This document shows, one piece after another, positions 47,662-60,690 of a stretch of DNA of 64,000 nucleotides; within the stretch, counting starts at the first letter, position 1, and each line of letters opens with the position of its first letter. The DNA lies in assembly GCF_009914755.1 (NCBI RefSeq), contig NC_060930.1. The stretch is one strand, 5' to 3'. The position numbers were made by a program, and so were the translations under genes. Below the pieces are notes generated by a model, which made no database searches, had not been told where the DNA came from, and worked only from the letters and a program-made list of their open reading frames with translations. The DNA comes from the human T2T-CHM13v2.0 reference genome, Homo sapiens.

Positions 47662-48066
47662 CATGATATTTATGGGTTTTTTGAATAAATATAGAAATTG
47701 ACCTTCCTGGTCTTAAAACTCAAAGCTCACATTTGTCTCATCCGAGTTCCTTCCACAGAAAAATGACCCTCAGGCAAGGGACTGAAACTCCTCAGATCAC
47801 TGCACCCAAACAATGGGACGCCAGCCCCCTCATCCATCGTGGTGGCTTCCTTGCCCCTCCCTAATTCCTGTTTTCCCACCTTCCCAGCTATATAAACCCC
47901 CCAGTTTTAGTCAATTGAGTAGAGATGGACTTGAGACTGATCCCCCATTGTCCCGGTTGATGTCCCTCTAATAAAAGCCCTCTTCCCTGGCAGTACTCCT
48001 CTCAGTGATTGGCTTTCTGTGCAGTGAGCAACAGAATCTAGACTGTACCCTGGCATTTTGGTAACA
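47662..48066 (+). mobile_element. ERVL solo LTR (LTR47-like)
   Basis: Matches recalled LTR47. TATA box (tatataaa, ~47889), AATAAA (~47970), ends GGTAACA. Possible TSD CATAGA/CAGAGA. Confidence 0.8.
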
Positions 48067-48074
48067 CAGAGATT

Positions 48075-48420
48075 AGGGCACTAGTCCACAAATATGGCTG
48101 CATATTGGAATCAACTGTGAATTGTTTATTGAATGCTGATACTATTCTTAGAGATTCTGATTAATTGTTCTTGAGGGGGTGGCCTAGATATGGGGATTTT
48201 TTTAAGTTCCTGGATGATTCTAGTATATTTGTCTAGTACATTTGTCACCTGTCTTTGTTTTGTAATTGAGGTTATATGCATTGTCTTATGGTTGGCATTT
48301 TATCTCATAAAATAGTGTGGAAAGGTTTAATTGCTGTAAAATATTGACACCATTTATGAAGTAATTTTTCTTTCTTTCTTAAAGATTTTTAGTCAACAGA
48401 ATAAAGTGTGAGAATCACTG
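48075..48420. mobile_element. MER5A-like DNA transposon interrupted by a duplicated segment
   Basis: ggctgcatattggaatcaactg...agagattctgattaattg...ggatgattctagt | insert | taaagtgtgagaatcactg. Confidence 0.7.
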
Positions 48421-48807
48421 ATTTAGCATTCAGGCAATGAGAAGACCAAGAATGAATCAGTACGCACCCTTCTCTCCTACACACATTAGTGTATAAAACC
48501 TATGTTATCCACAACTTAAAAAATAGCTCACTTCAGTTTCAATGGCTTAAGTTTTCAGGAAAATAGATCATAGTAGATTTCATATTCTCTTATCATCCAA
48601 ATTCCCTTAGCAATGTCCATCTTCCAAGTTCTAGTCAATGTCAAATATTTGTCATCTGTCTTTGTTTTGTAATCAAGGTTATAGCATTGTCTTATGGTAG
48701 GCATTTTATTTCATAAAATAGTGTGGAAAGGTTTAATCACTGTAAAATATTGACACCATTTATGAAGCAATTTTTCTTTCTTTCTTAAAGATTTTTAGTC
48801 AACAGAA
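48240..48807 (+). repeat. Dispersed direct repeat: 48240-48401 and 48647-48807
   Basis: Manual alignment gives 8 substitutions and 1 indel over 162 bp, with a 245-bp spacer. Confidence 0.97.
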
Positions 48808-51800
48808 AATCCTATCCACCCAGCTCTCCTCTCCTGGAAGAAATTATGCATGGAAATTCCTTTTTTACATGCTTTCATTGAAACCCAAATCAGTATCTGA
48901 AATGTGTTCTATACTAGAGCAGGTTGTGCTTCAAGCTTTGTCTTGGCAAGATACAGAAATTAAAGTCATGGGCCAATTTTTGAATTAACATGAAAATTCT
49001 TTTTTATGTGCATACGAAAACATGTCTTTGAAACATCTTGCCAAAGGCTTCTTCGTCTTCTGGTTGTTATATAAAAACATGGTCATCCCAAAGGGGCGGA
49101 AAAAAAAAAAAAAAAACCAACTGTGTTCCACCTTAATCAGATTCACAATCATGTCCTAATGTAATTTGTCCTAATCCATTTCGGAGGAAGACAACCATTT
49201 ATGATTCCCAGAGACGTGTGGGAATAAATGTGGCTATACGCAAATTCCCTAGGTGCTCTGTATACTATATTTACTAGTTCATAAAAAAGCTAACTACATT
49301 TCTGAAAAGAAAGCTTTACAGATGCAATGTCTGTTCTAAATACAAAACCCTACTCTGTCACCCCACAGTCATATGGTCCTTATCTGTTTGCCATACACAA
49401 ACTGTATTCTGGATTACAGTAACTTAGTTTATAATAAAAAGCACACACATTACTGTATTAGCCTAATCGTATATGTCAATGTTTGAGAGACAGTCCTATT
49501 TTTAGTTTTACTGGGAAAAGATAGGTAACACTTAGCATAGTAAGTAATAAATTACCCTGTAGTAAAATAGAAAATGATTGATTCCTGATTTTTTCCCCAA
49601 TGCCTTGGAAGATAAATACGTTAAGTGGCTTGTTAAAAAACCCAGCATAATTTTGTTTCTGAGATGCTATTGCGGAGAATGCTTCTGAGGGTATTGAATC
49701 TACAAGTTTATTCTGCAATGAAATCCTTTTTCATGGATTTTATTGTTCATTATAAGCATGTTATTACAAAAGCAATGTTTCCTATAAACAGAACTGGGAC
49801 TAGATGACACATTACTGAAGCAAGCCAGAAATGTAAATAATCAAACGGTTTTTGTTTACTTTTCTGCAATGATCATGAAATCATACTGACCTAACATCTT
49901 ATCATTTATTTATTTATTTTTCGTGTGATATACTTTTTTCTTTATCTCTAGTGCCATTCAATGGTCGTTTGTAGCTAAATGAACTCTGCTTTGCTCTCTT
50001 GGGCTACAGGAACTCTATTGTTTCACTTAGTCAATGATGTGGTTTCAAAGGCCATAGAGTACTCCTTATGGAAGTTTTAGGGATAGCATAATTGCTCACT
50101 GTTATCAGTGAAAGCGATCTTTGAGGACATCTGGGAATCTGATCTTCCCTCAAAACTAGGACAAATCATGAGTAAACTGATCGACAAACATGATCATTTG
50201 TAATTGAATTAAAACAAAGTAACATCTAAATCTAAATAACAAAGCTTCTCTAGGCCATGAATAGAGAGATATTCAGCTATTTAACTTTTTAAATAGCTCT
50301 GTTGACCATACCTCTGGTCAACATTAAAGCTTAAGTATCAGGTCCCCGACTCTCTAAATACTTGGCAAATGAACATCACCTACTCCTCTTCCCCACTGCT
50401 ACTTACTCCACCTAAGAAATACCTTAATCCTTCATCTAGTATTCTTCTCTCCATCTTCCTCGGGCTTCCTCTCAAGAGTCCCCAATGTCTTCTTGAGAGA
50501 TAATTATGCCTGTAGCTCAGGGACTCAAAGTAATCACCAGGCTTGGCATGAAAGAATGCTGGAATGCAAACTGAAGTGCGAAGCAACAAAGATTCAGTGC
50601 AGATATTATGAAAAGGGAATGCATTATAGCAATTACTCAGTTGGCCTGATTTCTGCCAGCCTACAGGATACAGCAAAGAGGCCAAAGCATAAACACCACC
50701 TAGTATTAGTCATCATGACTCATTGACATTTGGTGTTCAGGACCCAGTGGAAGTCTTTGCATAGAGATCTAGAAGCTTTGGTAACAAAGCTTCTAGAAAA
50801 GAAAAACAAAGCTCATAGACTTTTTGGCTTTTATTCAGTATAACATCAACTTCTCCCTGTGTCTCCCTTTAAAGTTGGAGGTTACAATACGTAGCTGTGT
50901 TTAGAGAAGCTTAATCATAAAATATCATGTAAAGTTGTGAAGTGCTGCTAGAGTGAACAGTTAGTTCGTTTAATGAGAGTCAGTTGCAACTGACAATGAG
51001 GTTGAGAGTGTGATTGCTGCTTGGGCTGCAGGCACTCACGCTGTCACAGTCTATAACCCGAATCCCCACCAGCCACCTATTAATGCTTGATTTTTATCAC
51101 AGGGGATGAAGAAAATAGCACAGAATCATCAACATAACTTGAGAAAATTCTAAGTACAAATGTAGCCTGCATCATCAAAAAGACATGACAAGGAGGAAAA
51201 GGGGAAAACTATACATGTTTTGGAAGAAAGTTCTAGCTTTCCTAGAACTGGCCTCATTTGCCTCAAACAGTCCTAGTGTATGTGATTTTCCTGAAGTCAT
51301 TATCAATTTCACTCTGAAATTGAACCAGTTTGCACAATGAATTATACAGTCTCATTCTCACTTTATCCAATTTGACATGACTCAGAAGTGTGAGAAAGCA
51401 GATTTATTTAGAGCATCTTTGATGTGTCTTGTGTTTCACATGTGCTACATAAAGAATCTGTATTAACTGTATTATTTAAACAAAGTAAAGCAATACATTC
51501 TATTGGATGGTGTCAATACACAGCGATGAAGGTGCTTAATTACATAAAGGATCATTACTTTTAATAATCATGTAAGTATTTTAATCCTGATTTTAGTAGT
51601 TTTCTAGCAATTTTTCATAAGTTACATAAAGTTACTGGAAAAGGATTCTTAGAAGTGAAACTTACAGAATTAAAAAAAAATTCTAAACTCTAGATGAGCC
51701 AAACTGTTTCACTTATTCTGACCCCTAACATCCACACAGCTGAATGGAGATAACCAAAATTATCCGATGAACTGTCCCATGTCCCAGTTGGTAGCTTAAG

Positions 51801-53573
51801 GCACTGAATAATGGAATCCATTGAGTGCTAAATACATCAATTATCTATTATAATTGTTATAATAATTCTGTTATAATTGTTCTGAACACTGGCAACTTTA
51901 ATTAAGGAACAAGGTTGTAGTATTGGATAATGTTATGAGCTAAAAGACAATTGTTTCTAGTTTTCTTTTCTATAATTTTTTTGTGCCAGACATATTCATG
52001 CATTTTGCTCAAGGTGATTTCCTTAGACAAGGAATTTAAGCCAGACTTATTCATGGCAGCCAAATGTGACCATGCTATGCCCTCTTCTCACATACTACCA
52101 ATTGTGGCAGCAGAATGGATTCTGAAACAATCTGCATTGATTGTTAGACTAGATAAAATGTTCATCTTAAGTGAAGTTAGGGACACATATTTTGGGAAGC
52201 TTTAGGGGACAGAAACTGAAGCACTAAATAATTATTCTAATCAACGCTGCTCCTCATAACAGCAGCTAATAAACCATGTGAAGCAACAGTGTGAACTACT
52301 TTTTTTTTTTCTTCCTAACAATTCATTTTGGGACCCACATGCCTAGATTATGGCAACAGCTGTTTTGGAACTAGCTTTGTTGGTTTAATCAAATGTATTT
52401 GCACTTTAAGTCTTCTCTGTGTTATGGTTATTTATTATTATTATTAAATGATATTAGCATGATCTGGGGCCATAAAGCATACAATTTAATTGCATATGTT
52501 TTCTGAAACAACAGGATTGGTAACCTGTTGCCACTTTTTTCCTTTCATTTAGGACATAAATCACTAGAGAACAACTGAAGTAGCTCTCTCTGATTTTATT
52601 TAGTGCTTTGGATCCTAACCCATAAGGGAAGTGACTGAGATTCAAACATTTTTTTTCAATTAATTTGATTTCGAAACTTGCAGGAAGCTGTCACAATGAT
52701 TCAAAACTGTTTTCTCTAAAACAATAAGTGTAATCTTTGATACAACTGGGCCAGTTAGTCGCATTGTCAAATAAGTGCGGGAATAGAAAATCAGGTCAGC
52801 TGAATGGTCCAATGGTGACAATAAAATGCTGTGCATGTATATTTCCAAATACTTACTGTAGTAATTGCCACAAAAATGAGTCCTATGAAATGAACCTGAG
52901 GGTTCCCTGAGTAATAATTTATTTCACTTACTGCATATGGGTACTGACTAAGGCAGCCTCACTTTGCACTTTCAAGGAAGAGGAAAGATCCAGAACTATC
53001 TCTAAAACACTTTTGATACAAATTTGGCCAATGAAATAATTGGGCACTCAGTTAGGCAGTAAAAAAACTTACTCCAATTTAGAAACAAACTGACTGATGA
53101 GGCCAAGTAAAATAATGGGCCTCATGGTACCACAAACAGGAAAGTCAAACCTAAATTAAAATGAATATGATTCAAGCAACTATAACTTGATTACATCAGT
53201 TTTAATCACTTGATCTTTCAGCCCCGAAACACAGCTTTTTAAATACTACTTTATTTTTCTTGTATACAGTAGTCATCCTTTTCTATGTATGCTGTGTAGG
53301 TCCAGGAAACTTTTGTCAATAGAACAAGATAGCTATTTATGTCTGTATTTCATCATTTACATATGATTCATTTACTCGTGAAATGTTTATTAAGGATCTG
53401 CTCTATGCTAGCCTCATTCTAAGGACTGAGGATAAAATTATGGGCTGGATAAACAAAGGCCCTGCATACTGAAGATAAACAGCCAAGCAAATAGTAACAA
53501 TAACTTAAAAATAACTGTGATAATGGAAGTCAAGGTCACGTTGGGAACATGAAGGGGCATCTCACCTAGTCTG

Positions 53574-53575
<2 letters not shown>

Positions 53576-53623
<48 letters not shown>
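53576..53623 (+). repeat. (GT)n microsatellite with one interruption
   Basis: Direct reading. Confidence 0.97.
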
Positions 53624-55217
53624 CTATGTTTGTGGTGGGGTTGGTTGGAGGAGGCTTTCTGGAGGAAATGTCATTAGAGACTTGAAGGAATGCGCCAGGG
53701 GATGAAAGCGGCTCACAGCAGCCCCTACCTGCAGCTCCTCAATTAATTGTTCTTCCTGGATATGGTCCTCCCTCATTCCGGAGTTTCCTAGAGTCCAGTG
53801 AGAACTTCAGAATGCAGTCAAAACCTAGTCTCCTTAGGCTAGGATCCCAACTTGGTATAGGTATGTTCGCCTGCTGTGGTAATGTTGTTGTTTTATAACT
53901 GCATTAATTAACAACATTTAGAGATTAAAACATTTCCCTCCAAAATCCACACTTTGGGCTTCTCTTGCAAAAAAATAAAAAAGAAAGCTCTGGCAATAGT
54001 GATCTTGGCTTCCTGGGTAGCAGTTAATCCCTTGGAGCAAATAGGACTCTCCTGCACACCACAATCCCTTCATTCTTTACTAACCCTCAGTACGAATGAC
54101 TGTCTCTAATATTTCATACTTCGCCTCCTCAACTTCGCTCATTTAGGTCACTTTCCTGGCATCTATAGACGTTTTGGCTTGTAACCTAGGCTTAATGCTA
54201 TACCAGGTTTTAAGTAAAAGAAACACCTGATATTTCATAGCCTTTTGGGTGTTGAGTTAACCTGATCCTTCACTGCAGAGTGTATGTGTGTGGATATAGC
54301 CCACAGATGTTTAATTCACATTACCAATATATAAGAAACATCACCCTGGATATTTTTCAGTGGTTCTGTTTTTCTTGTTCATACCTTGCCCATGTATTTA
54401 CAGGCAATTTTGTTATTGTTCTCAATTGAACTGCACATAATTGCTTAAACAAGACACACATTCAAATATACAAAGTGTCATTTTTTAAGTAAAGGGATAT
54501 GCATGAACTCTAAAGAAAATAAGATTTTAAAAAGAATTTAAAACATACTCAAGCCTCAAATATTTGTACTTTGTGAATGAGCCTTTAAGCCTGTCTAGGC
54601 AAGCAAGATCATTGCGGAAGTTTTTTGAGGCGGATAGTAGAAACACTCATGTTTGAATGTTCAGATGAACAATACGGAAGGACATCGTGAAATGAACAAT
54701 TTGGTAAAGGCATCTGGACAACACCTAGGGGCAGATGCACATACAACAGAGAAAAATAATAATATAGCAGCCTTAATGGACTCAATTACCATGCAGTACA
54801 TGCTTTAGTGTCTTCTTGGGTCCCCTTAAACTGTGTATTAAACATTTGGAATTAAATTGAGGCTCATGGTGTCTGAGAAGAGGCATGTTTCAAGTTTGTT
54901 TTTCCTTGATTGTTTAATAAAAGAGGAATAAGTGAGGCTACTGGAGGGAGAACAACAATTTCTTACAAGCTAGGAATTCTGAATTCCTGACATGAAGCTG
55001 GTCCTCCTTAAATTATCGTGAAAGACATTTGACTGGACTTGGGCATGAAGCATTACGTACTGCTAATAAAGAGTGAATGAGGGGCAAAGAGGAGTGACCT
55101 GGGATTGGAGTGGGGGTATTGACCTTCCAGCAGAGTAACGGCCAGGAGGGCTTACACGGTGAGAAGGGCAGAGAAGTGAAGAAAGAAGGAGGCCAAATCT
55201 GCAGTCATTAGACTGGA

Positions 55218-55715
55218 TATGATTGATTGTCACTCAGCACCCATTTCTAGCCCATTCCTGTGTTCTTCCCTGCACTACAGAGCCAGAAAGTTAAAGGCTG
55301 CATTTCCTACACTTTCTTACAGGTAGGGTTCTAGAGAGGAATTAGGTCTCTCCAGTCTGATGTGCCTTCAGAAGATCTAGAAGGTAAATGAGATGGAAGC
55401 TATCTTCTTTTTTTTTTTCAGTTATACTTTAAGTTTTAGGGTACATGTGCACAATGTGCAGCTTTCTTGATATTGATTCTGACACACAAAGGAACGTCCT
55501 GGAATGTGAGGGTCAAGGGACTTTTGCAAAGGCCAGCCTCAGCATTCTGGTGGCTCCCTGGTCCCTGAATTGCACCTGTTTGTTCTCAACTGAGTAGTTC
55601 TAAAGTTGCCTTTATGTTCCCTGCTCTGTCATTGTCCCCAATTATTTCTTTAAGCCCATTTTACTTGAAATACCTAGAGTACTCTATTTTCTGCTCTGAA
55701 TGTTGACTAATACAG
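55218..55715 (+). mobile_element. Old ERVL-type LTR (LTR33-family-like)
   Basis: ctgcatttcctacactttcttacaggtagggttctag... and a 3' end ...ttacttgaaatacctagagtactctattttctgctctgaatgttgactaataca. Confidence 0.5.
55407..55461 (-). mobile_element. Minimal (~55 bp) young L1PA2/3-type 3' end
   Basis: Poly-T followed by ttatactttaagttttagggtacatgtgcacaatgtgcag. TSD AGCT(A/T)TCTT at 55398-55406 and 55460-55468. Confidence 0.85.
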
Positions 55716-56569
55716 TCCTAGTTCCAGAATTTGAAGCTAGCAGATGGAACCCATCCAACTGGAGAGGCGCTGATAGAGGAGTCAGGATGGCTTTGTTATG
55801 GTTTGGGAAGATCTATCTGTAAACAGCATAATCCAGGCTTTTAGCTTAGAGGAGGCTTCCGGGGAAAGGGTTGGCAGAAGTTAGGTGCAGCCCCAAATAA
55901 ACAGTCCAATATTGGAAGTTGTGTCAAGGCAACACATAGGAACGAAGAAAAAATATAAAGAAAAGTTAGACTAAAGCATTATTCCATTGGTTGGACAAAT
56001 AATGAGTTAGCAGTAGGGTAAAAGAAATTTTATAAGTGATAAGCTTAAAAAAAAATCCCAGGTTCTAGACTGTAGTGGGCAGAAGAATAAAGACAACTAA
56101 AGAAAACCATTCTGTAACAGCTAGACTCTGGATCCCATCTAGAGACATGACTCTAGATAAGTGAATGCTAGAGGACCTGACAATAATAGGACTGGCTCAA
56201 GAACTAGTACAGTACTGATGTTATAAGTAGGAAAAGCAATCCAGGGGACTGAATCCTGAACACTTACAATCTGCCCTGTTACAATGTATGCATGCCGGAT
56301 ACTATACAGACAGGTAGGGTGGGGATAGGCAAAGTAACAAGTTAAGGGGTTGTGGAAAGAAGATGGACACTAGAAAAGGCTGCAAGAAATGGGCAGAGGA
56401 AAGTAGGGGGGAATATGCCTATCACTTTTATTTCAAGAGAATCATTCAAATGTATACCCAGAAGCTGAATAAAAGACTACAAAACTGAGTGATTTTACTC
56501 CTTGCAACAAGAGAGAGGGCCCTCTCAGTGATCTATAAAGAACTGCAGAAAATATATTTTAAAACATTT

Positions 56570-56764
56570 CGGAGTACAGGTCTCACTCTGTCACCCAGGA
56601 TAGAGTGCAGTGGCACAATCATAGCTCACTGAAACCTCAAACTCCTGTAGAGACTGGGTCTTGCTGTATTGCTCAGGCTGGTCTCGAACTCTTGGAGTTA
56701 AGTGATCCTCCCTTTTTGGCCTCTTGAAGTGCTGAGATTACAGTTGTGGGCCACCTTACTTGCC
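56570..56764 (-). mobile_element. AluJ with central deletion
   Basis: J diagnostics (atcatagctcactg, gggtcttgct). The right arm jumps at ...aactcct|gtagagac... to the left arm. Confidence 0.8.
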
Positions 56765-57706
56765 TGTAGAAAGTATTTTATAAAGGGTGTCAGCACAATT
56801 TTCTTTTGCCTCACGTCTTTATTCCAATATTATTCTCATATTATTCTCATGTTTAATAATTTATTATATTGGGAAAATACACCAAAAAAAATTTCAAGCA
56901 CTGGGCATAGGCAGATCAAAACTTCAAACAGAGGTGGCATAATGTGAGTAAAAGATCCGGATAGGAAAACTAACCTCCAGAAATTGTCATTAACCATTGT
57001 CATTAATCACTGTCATTGATATTTGGACAATTGATTAAGTTTTCCTGGCTCCAAAATTTCTGATAGATAAGGAAGAGAGTTGGGTCATGTCATCTTCAAG
57101 AGCAAATAAAGATTGATGTAAAATTATGTGCTCCAAATTTCTTTTTAAATGAGAAAAAATAAATCCAAGAAAATACCCATTTCTGGCAATGATGCTGAGA
57201 AACTCACTCATATGTTGTGCTTGGTGATGTAAATTTGTTCAAACTTTTTGGGAATAATGTATAGTATGTTCTAGGAGCCTTAAAAATATATCATTGAATA
57301 CCTGATGCTATATTTTGAAAAGTACTTTAAGAAAATAATTTTTAAAACATGGGAACACTAGATGACAAAAGTATCCATCACATTATTTTCAGTATTATAG
57401 AATCATACAGCTTAAATATTAAAAATAAGATACTTAGGTCAATATAATAAGTTTAAAGGAGTGTTATTTAGAGACTAAAATTATCTTTCAAAGACACTGT
57501 AGGAACATAGAATTGTGTATACTGCAACATTAAATCAAAAAGCAAATACAAAATTAAATATATACAATAACTATGTAAAACTATGTAAAAAATGGCCACA
57601 AAAAGTTTTCTAGGAAAAAAAAGTTTTACAATCTTATCTTCCTATTGAACTTAAATATCCTAGTTTCAAAGCAGCCCCTCCACCATCAAACAAGATCTCT
57701 AGAGGA

Positions 57707-58071
<365 letters not shown>

Positions 58072-58932
58072 TCATTACTGAAAGAAGTGTCCCCAGGGCC
58101 CTTCCCGTTGAATATAGCTGGCTGGTGGGTTTGCTAACCTTGCTTAGTTGATCCAATCTATGATGCCCACCTAGTCGAGCTTTCTATTCCCGTCTCATTG
58201 CCAGGCATTTTCAACTTCACCTCATTTACTACAGGGCAGTATCATCACCAATCCTTCAAGCAGCTATCCCATCAATGAATTATACAGGCTCAGATATCCT
58301 TGCCAGCAGGTTAAATCTGATGCTACTAAAAAATACACAATGATAACAACCACTCCTCTATCCAGCCTTGTATTTTGGGTCTCCTGTGTCAACACCTTTA
58401 TTCATTCTCATATATACTCTCTCTGTTCCTGCTAGTTCATATTGACCAGGACCTGTGATGAATTTCTTGAATACTCAATTTCTTCCCATCCCATGCAAAA
58501 ACGGTACCTTCCCATTAAAGCCATGCTGCAAACAGATCCTAGTTATTGGACTAGAAATAGTAAGAGGAGAAGGGGCAAGTTGTGAAGAGAAAGAGAATTT
58601 ATTTTGTGAGGCATCTGCTTTATGTGAACTCTCTGTAGACGCTCTAGGCACAGGGAGGCTGTTCTTTCTTAGCAGCCAGAAGGTGTCATTTCTATCAGCT
58701 TGGAGGATTCAGGTGATTCTGGGGATACAGGTTCTCACGTGGATGACCTAATTGTCTTTATCTTGGGTCTCAAATTCCCTTTCCTTCCCTATTAGACCCA
58801 ACTTTTACATGGACAACTTGCTGGAGCTGTAAACTGAATATCCTTGTTAACGCCACAACCATAATGATCCAATTTTAGGCCTAACTTCATTATAGTCTTG
58901 CCTCTAAGTGCAGGAGATGAGGGTCTCTTTAA

Positions 58933-59277
<345 letters not shown>

Positions 59278-59571
59278 CACAGTGTATTCTAAGGTGATAC
59301 CTGGATGAGCCTATCATTATGTTTATCAAGATTTTTATAGCAACTAGAAAAACTCAAGAAATTCCATAATTCTTATAATAACCATTTGTCACCCTATTTT
59401 TCAAGCATCAGTGCTTCTCTTCCACCTGTATTCTATCATATTCCAGCACAGGTGAGAGTTAGTAATTGACACCCAAGGGTTATCACCACCCCACTTATCA
59501 CCAGGAGAAGGCACTTGCTGCCCTCATTTTTCAGAATGCCATCACAATGGTCTGCTTTCCAGGGTATTAAT

Positions 59572-60026
59572 TGCATGAGTTTAGATTCCCCCAAAGGCAG
59601 ATGCCAAGACAAGATTTTGGCCCATGTGTTTCTTTGAGAGGTGGACAGGAAGCACAATGAAGTAGTGAAAAGGAGAGGAAGGGAATGAGGTAAGAATAAG
59701 GGGGTTAGCACTATGGGGAACTTATTGGGAAGCTCAGTCCCACCAAAGACTGTCTCAGAGGTGAAGTAGAACATATCTTAATATCTCAGACTTATCCCAC
59801 TGAAGTGCAAAGAAGCTGGCATACTTATTCACCAACTCCCATTTCTTATTGTTGAGGACTGCTCCTGGGACATTAACTCCCTGGTACTTCTGGTTGCTTC
59901 CACTGCTGGATAATTCTCAGAGGCAGGATAATGCAGAAAGCCACTGGCCTTGAATATGACCATCTGCAATTTTTTTTGTGGGTGAACTAAAAGGATATGG
60001 GTGGAGTAATAAACATGTCTGTTATA
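59572..60026 (-). mobile_element. ERVL LTR (LTR16A/E-like)
   Basis: gattcccccaaaggcagatgccaagacaagatt...gaggactgctcctgggacattaactccctggtacttc...ggatatgggtggagt. Confidence 0.55.
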
Positions 60027-60635
60027 GTTAGGGAACATCTCCAACGAAAAAACGTTATAGTCTCATTTAACTCATATTTATGAGCACTCTGGGGTGCTTC
60101 ACAGTATTTAACACCATAGAAATTGCTTAGCGATGGACTAAAAACATATGACATAATCCTAGGAACCCCTGCAAGACCATTCTTTGAGAAACGAACAATA
60201 TTAAGAAGGTATCTGAATTGCAGCTCTGAATCGCTCTCAGGATGTGACGATGGTCTGTTGCTCAGACACCATATAATTGCTGAGAAATGTATTAGCTGGA
60301 AAAAGGTAAGTAGGTAAGCAACAAAGAATGAATGAAAGTAAACAAAAGGAAGCATTTCAATATACTGTTTAGACTTCTACTCTCTAATACAGACATCTTT
60401 AGCATATGCATGTATTTATATGTGTGTTTATGTCAAATATATAAAATATACATGCATAGATAATGCATACCTTTATCATAAAATCTTATATATATGTGCA
60501 TTTGTGTACTTAAAAAAATTAACTTTGCATGCTTTTTGTTAGACTATAACATCTTATTTAAGACTCAGAGCCAACATGTGATCTTAACGGTCTCTCCTGA
60601 AGATTTATGAACTACATAAGGAAATTAACAGAATG

Positions 60636-60690
60636 GATAGATAGATAAATAGATAGATAGATAGATAGATAGATAAATAGATAACAGATA
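60636..60690 (+). repeat. (GATA)n tetranucleotide microsatellite, interrupted
   Basis: Direct reading. Confidence 0.93.

Noticed and set aside
55755-55775. CTCF-like motif (also near 40617)
   Set aside because: The match to the core consensus is too poor to call without a PWM scan.
56984-57020. Short tandem duplications (TTGTCATTAA x3; also 51840-51885, 56831-56850 and 57569-57590)
   Set aside because: Common slippage products in AT-rich DNA.
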